From a virus: DNA of 64,000 nt. The notes under the pieces are model-generated. The model saw nothing but the letters and a program-made list of their open reading frames with translations. It made no database searches and was not told where the DNA came from. Positions 60,802 through 64,000 of the stretch are shown in pieces (within the stretch, counting starts at the first letter, position 1; each line of letters starts with the position of its first letter). A program made the translations under genes and the position numbers. Where the stretch lies: positions 72,795-136,794 of the IMG/VR virus record IMGVR_UViG_3300045988_131721. One strand, given 5' to 3'.

Positions 60802-61104
60802 TTATTCTTCTATTCTTTCTTTTACAGATTTTTTAAGTCTAACTTTTACAGTAACTTTATCATCTGTTTTATAAGGTGTAACTTGTCCTTCTTTAGTTTT
60901 TAATACACCTTCTCTACCTTTTTGTATCTTCTTATCAACTAGAAACATTCCCATACTAACTGTGTCTCCTACTTCCATTTGTTGATATATTGAAGAAACA
61001 GTATCTTCTAATCCTTTTAATATTTCTCTAGCCTCTGCTTGAGATACTTTTAAGCCTCTTTCTTCTAAAGCTCCTTGTAATTCTTTTACTACGTTTATTT
61101 CCAT
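60802..61104 (-). CDS. HU/IHF-like DNA-binding protein
   Basis: Length and pattern (helical N-terminus, GD.V...G.F, beta-arm with Lys/Arg, ...V.VR..KK.K) resemble bacterial histone-like proteins. Confidence 0.5.
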   Translation of the reverse strand: MEINVVKELQGALEERGLKVSQAEAREILKGLEDTVSSIYQQMEVGDTVSMGMFLVDKKIQKGREGVLKTKEGQVTPYKTDDKVTVKVRLKKSVKERIEE

Positions 61105-61156
61105 AAAACATACCCCCTTAATAAATTATAAAATATTAATAAAAATAACAAATATT

Positions 61157-61176
61157 GTAGGCTTTTTTAGCCTTAC
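61157..61176 (-). terminator. small hairpin after the regulator gene
   Basis: GTAAGGCT-AAAAA-AGCCTAC with a bulge, followed by T-rich sequence. A TATAAT (61125-61130, leftward) follows it, before the HU-like gene. Confidence 0.35.
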
Positions 61177-61242
61177 ACAAAATACGCTATTTATACTAGG
61201 AAAAAAGTAGTATATTTTGCACACTTTTAAAATATTCTATTT

Positions 61243-62421
61243 TTATCGGCATTTTTTACATATAGATAATACTCCTTTACTTCCATTTTTATTAAATTTA
61301 TTAATCAATTTAACTTCACCACATTTATTACAACGTTTATATTCTCCTTTTCTTATATTTAAATAATACCAATTTTCCAATTTTTCTTCATATACCTCAA
61401 CTATTTTATTAACTATTCTGTCTAAATATTTACTCACTGTACCTACGCTTTTATTTAACTCTTTAGCTATTTTACTAACCGTCATACCTTTCATCCATAA
61501 ATTTAATAATTCCTCTTGTTTTTCAGTTAATTTAACCTCATTGAGTACATCTTCTAAATCTTTAAATATACATCCTAAATCGCTTTGAAAATCATACACT
61601 TCTAATTCTCTATATAATTGCAATAAAGCTTTCATATGAGTAGAATCCAATTCATCAAGTTCGTCCCAATCGGGCTCCCCTGCATCTTTTAATGGAGCTT
61701 TCCAAACAATAGGTCTTGCTAATTCTATTTTTGCTTGTAGCATGTCTTTTTTAAGTTCTCCTATGTGGTTTACTAAAAATGATTTAGCTTGTCTTTCCGT
61801 TTTAATCTTAGTGTGTCCTTTGTTTTGCATGTACTCCATAAACTCATCCAATCTATCTTCTCTTATGTAAGAACTCAATCTATCTATTTCTTTTTTATAT
61901 TCTCTTAACTCTGGATAATTTTTTAAATCTTCAGCTGTAACTTTTTCATCTTTAGCTTTCTTGTAATTTTCTTTTCTCCTTAATATAATAACACCATCAT
62001 CTACCGATTCTCCATATGTATCAAAATATTTTCTATCTTTAGATATAGCATCTTGAAATTTCTTTTCATTGTCATATATTTTAATATGTTCTTTCTTTTT
62101 TTTATTAGGGTCACACCACATTATATAATTTGCTATAGCTTCCAAAGTCTTTGCTATATTTGATTCAGAATATAATTCTGTTTCTGAATTAGGCATTAAA
62201 TCAATATAACTTGTTTTATTAATACGTTGAACGAATATTTCATTCCAAAATTCATCGTTACTAAATTCTGTTCCATTTTCATCTTTCACTACATTTAATA
62301 AATCATATACATATTGTATTCTCTCTTCTAAATCATTTATATTTGTATCTAATTTTGCATAATCATATATACCCTTTTTATCTATTTTGCTAAAAAATCT
62401 ATTGAAATATACTCTTGACAT
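61243..62421 (-). CDS. transcription regulator: sigma-70 region-4/LuxR-type HTH plus C-terminal zinc ribbon (candidate late-gene activator)
   Basis: LTEKQEELLNLWMKGMTVSKIAKELNKSVGTVSKYLDRIVNKI is a classic region-4-type HTH. The C-terminus is CNKCG...CKKC. Confidence 0.55.
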   Translation of the reverse strand: MSRVYFNRFFSKIDKKGIYDYAKLDTNINDLEERIQYVYDLLNVVKDENGTEFSNDEFWNEIFVQRINKTSYIDLMPNSETELYSESNIAKTLEAIANYIMWCDPNKKKKEHIKIYDNEKKFQDAISKDRKYFDTYGESVDDGVIILRRKENYKKAKDEKVTAEDLKNYPELREYKKEIDRLSSYIREDRLDEFMEYMQNKGHTKIKTERQAKSFLVNHIGELKKDMLQAKIELARPIVWKAPLKDAGEPDWDELDELDSTHMKALLQLYRELEVYDFQSDLGCIFKDLEDVLNEVKLTEKQEELLNLWMKGMTVSKIAKELNKSVGTVSKYLDRIVNKIVEVYEEKLENWYYLNIRKGEYKRCNKCGEVKLINKFNKNGSKGVLSICKKCR

Positions 62422-62436
62422 TTTATCCACCCCTAT

Positions 62437-62450
62437 TTTATTAATTATTT
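62437..62450 (-). repeat. AT-box (perfect)
   Basis: Overlaps the stop at 62445-47, upstream of the ATAGGGGTGG SD of the regulator gene. Confidence 0.8.
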
Positions 62451-62920
62451 ACAAAGTATTTCTTCAATCATATCCTCATCTTTTAACCATTCGATAGGTA
62501 ATAAATATCCTTTAGCATTATCTCCCATATCTATTTGAGAATATTTATTTTTATAAGAGTGTATAAATTTTTTTACACTCTTGATATCCATTTTATATAT
62601 CTTTTGATTTTCATATATATACCAAAATACATAATCAGCTTTTGTTTTTCTAAACATCCTATTGTGTTATTTTTTATATTACTTCGATATTCATAGGGTA
62701 AATTTCCTGTCTTATGCGCCTCATAATCGGTTTTAATTTCTATATTTAATTTTTCCCCATTACTAAATATAACAATAAAATCTATATCCATATCTCTATA
62801 TTTTTCATCATCTCTAACATCGATGACATTATTGACATTAGATAAATTAATAAAATAATTATATATTATATTTTCTCCTATTTCCCCTCTTTCAATATCT
62901 TCTTTGAATTTATAATTCAT
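62445..62920 (-). pseudogene. PD-(D/E)xK nuclease-like gene split by a -1 frameshift at an A5 run (or a programmed/assembly frameshift)
   Basis: ORFs 62573..62920 and 62445..62657 overlap. Joining them at GAAAAAC (62644-62650) gives one continuous protein: ...DIDFIV...IEIKTD...TGNLPYEY...GCLEK|TKADYVFWYIY... Confidence 0.55.
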
Positions 62921-62934
62921 ATATTAATCTCCTT

Positions 62935-62948
62935 TTTATTAATTATTT
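62935..62948 (-). repeat. AT-box (perfect)
   Basis: Lies just after the stop of 62950..63108 and abuts the AAGGAG SD of the nuclease gene. Confidence 0.8.
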
Positions 62949-62949
62949 T

Positions 62950-63108
62950 CTACTTTGAATAATCATCTATTCTATCAATTTTATATTCAATACGCTCCAA
63001 GCTTAAAAACAATCTTTCTATATGTTCTTTATTTTTACCTTCTTCAATTGCTTGTTTAATTTTTTCTTCTATTTTTATAACCCTATCTATCTTAGATATC
63101 CTACTCAT
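62950..63108 (-). CDS. small coiled-coil protein
   Basis: Start placed at MSRISKIDRV after AGGAGG. Confidence 0.5.
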   Translation of the reverse strand: MSRISKIDRVIKIEEKIKQAIEEGKNKEHIERLFLSLERIEYKIDRIDDYSK

Positions 63109-63122
63109 TTCGTATTTCCTCC

Positions 63123-63329
63123 TTAAAATAAACTTCCATATAATAAATAATGTAACAAGCAAAATATAACTATAAAATCCTTAACCAAATCTATTATACA
63201 AAATAATGATTTAATCATATCAGTACATTCCCCATCATATTCTCCATTATAAGATATAAATTTTGCTATACCTAAACCTATACAGATTATTAATGAAAAT
63301 AATAATATAACTAAATAACCACAATTCAT
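63123..63329 (-). CDS. small membrane protein
   Basis: Start placed at MNCGYLVILLF after AAAGGTGGTGAT. Two hydrophobic helices. Confidence 0.5.
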   Translation of the reverse strand: MNCGYLVILLFSLIICIGLGIAKFISYNGEYDGECTDMIKSLFCIIDLVKDFIVIFCLLHYLLYGSLF

Positions 63330-63513
63330 ATAATCACCACCTTTATTAATTATTATCAAATATCCATTTAAATCAATTCTAAAAATATTGTATCTCTTAC
63401 TTGATTAAATTATCTTAAATAAGTTTAAAACCTTTTATAATTGATTCTGTTATGCATTTTTGACTATTGTGTAACTATGTACTATTGTATTAATTATTTT
63501 CTACTTTGAATAA

Positions 63514-63759
63514 TCATTCTATCACCTCCCAATCATTTATTTTAAATACAAGCGATTCGTATATGCTGTCTAAAATACATTTATCGTCTTCTATCGTTGT
63601 TATTGCCCAATCTTCATATTCAAATTGTTCCTCTAGTTGTTGCTTTGCATATTCTTTCATTTTGTCTCTAGCTGTGTTCTTATCTTTACAAACACATTTA
63701 ACTTCCCTATGAACTCCTTCTTCACTACAATATATTTCTGTGACAATATACACTTTCAT
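63514..63759 (-). CDS. hypothetical early protein
   Basis: Start placed at MKVYIV after TAGGAGG. First gene downstream of promoter/leader unit E. Confidence 0.55.
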   Translation of the reverse strand: MKVYIVTEIYCSEEGVHREVKCVCKDKNTARDKMKEYAKQQLEEQFEYEDWAITTIEDDKCILDSIYESLVFKINDWEVIE

Positions 63760-63880
63760 GTTTATACCTCCTAAATTCAATTTTAAGCAATTCTACCTCT
63801 TTCTTGAATAACTAATCCTTTTTTCAATTAAAAGTTCTTAGAAAAGCTCTCATTAGATATTTTAACTATGTCTTATTTAA

Positions 63881-63933
63881 CCACCTCCTTATATTAGTGT
63901 ATTAACATTGATGATAAATAAATTACCTATGAG
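63881..63933 (-). promoter_or_regulatory. early promoter/leader unit E (leftward)
   Basis: The reverse complement reads CATAGGTAATTT..TGTTAATACACTAATATAAGGAGGTGG, nearly identical to unit C. Confidence 0.45.
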
Positions 63934-63961
63934 TTAAAATTATTTTTAATCTTTCGTATTT

Positions 63962-64000
63962 ATGAATGAAATGAATAAATTAAGAAAGAAGAGGAAAGAG
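63962..64000 (+). CDS. possible 5' end of a rightward gene (MNEMNKLRKKRKE...), XRE/Cro-CI-like beginning, cut by the window edge
   Basis: Only 13 codons are visible and no clear SD is present. The KLRKKRKE start resembles N-termini of XRE-family regulators. Divergent from unit E. Confidence 0.2.
   Translation, partial: MNEMNKLRKKRKE

Noticed and set aside
1-64000. CRISPR array, tRNA/rRNA genes, integrase or transposase, reverse transcriptase/DGR
   Set aside because: No regularly spaced repeat-spacer array was seen; the AT-box copies are kilobases apart and sit at gene junctions. No cloverleaf-like GC-rich 70-90-nt segments stood out in the intergenic regions. No ORF has integrase, transposase or RT motifs, and no template/variable repeat pair was noticed near the fibre C-termini. 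Scanning by eye is not exhaustive, so tRNAscan-SE and Infernal should be run.

Overview
Very AT-rich segment of a tailed dsDNA phage of siphovirus type. There is a long tape-measure gene and no sheath gene. The host is probably an anaerobic low-GC Firmicute (Clostridium-like), judging from nrdD/nrdG, a BhlA/UviB-like holin partner and strong AGGAGG-type Shine-Dalgarno (SD) sites. All calls come from reading the sequence and ORF translations by eye; no database or HMM search was run.

Layout:
(1) 1-11.2 kb is a rightward early and nucleotide-metabolism arm. It holds a RepL-like ORF with iteron-like repeats, anaerobic ribonucleotide reductase nrdDG, dUTPase, a RecU-like resolvase, three paralogous AP2-type putative homing endonucleases and many small ORFs. 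It is punctuated by four copies of a conserved promoter/leader unit.
(2) A bidirectional terminator sits at about 11.2 kb.
(3) 11.3-58.6 kb is a leftward late arm: terS-like, terL, portal, an accessory island (Zn-ribbon nuclease plus S8 subtilase), scaffold, capsid, connectors, major tail protein, an 8.8-kb island of beta-helix tailspike and fibre genes, chaperones, a 2381-aa tape measure, Dit, a multi-enzyme Tal, a second fibre/enzyme set, then holin and endolysin.
(4) 58.8-63.9 kb is a leftward early/middle block (metallophosphoesterase, HU-like protein, HTH plus Zn-ribbon regulator, frameshifted nuclease). It is driven by a fifth copy of the promoter/leader unit.

Most notable signals:
- A palindromic roughly 24-bp site lies at the constant/variable junction of the tail-fibre genes and again directly after their stop codons, which gives a cassette-like architecture.
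- The receptor-binding island is wedged between the major tail protein gene and the chaperone/tape-measure genes.
- A perfect 14-mer, AAATAATTAATAAA, occurs 13 times at gene junctions.
- Many intrinsic terminators lie inside the co-directional late block.
- A 14-bp inverted repeat brackets a moron next to the lysis genes.

No rRNA, tRNA, CRISPR array, integrase or reverse transcriptase was recognised.
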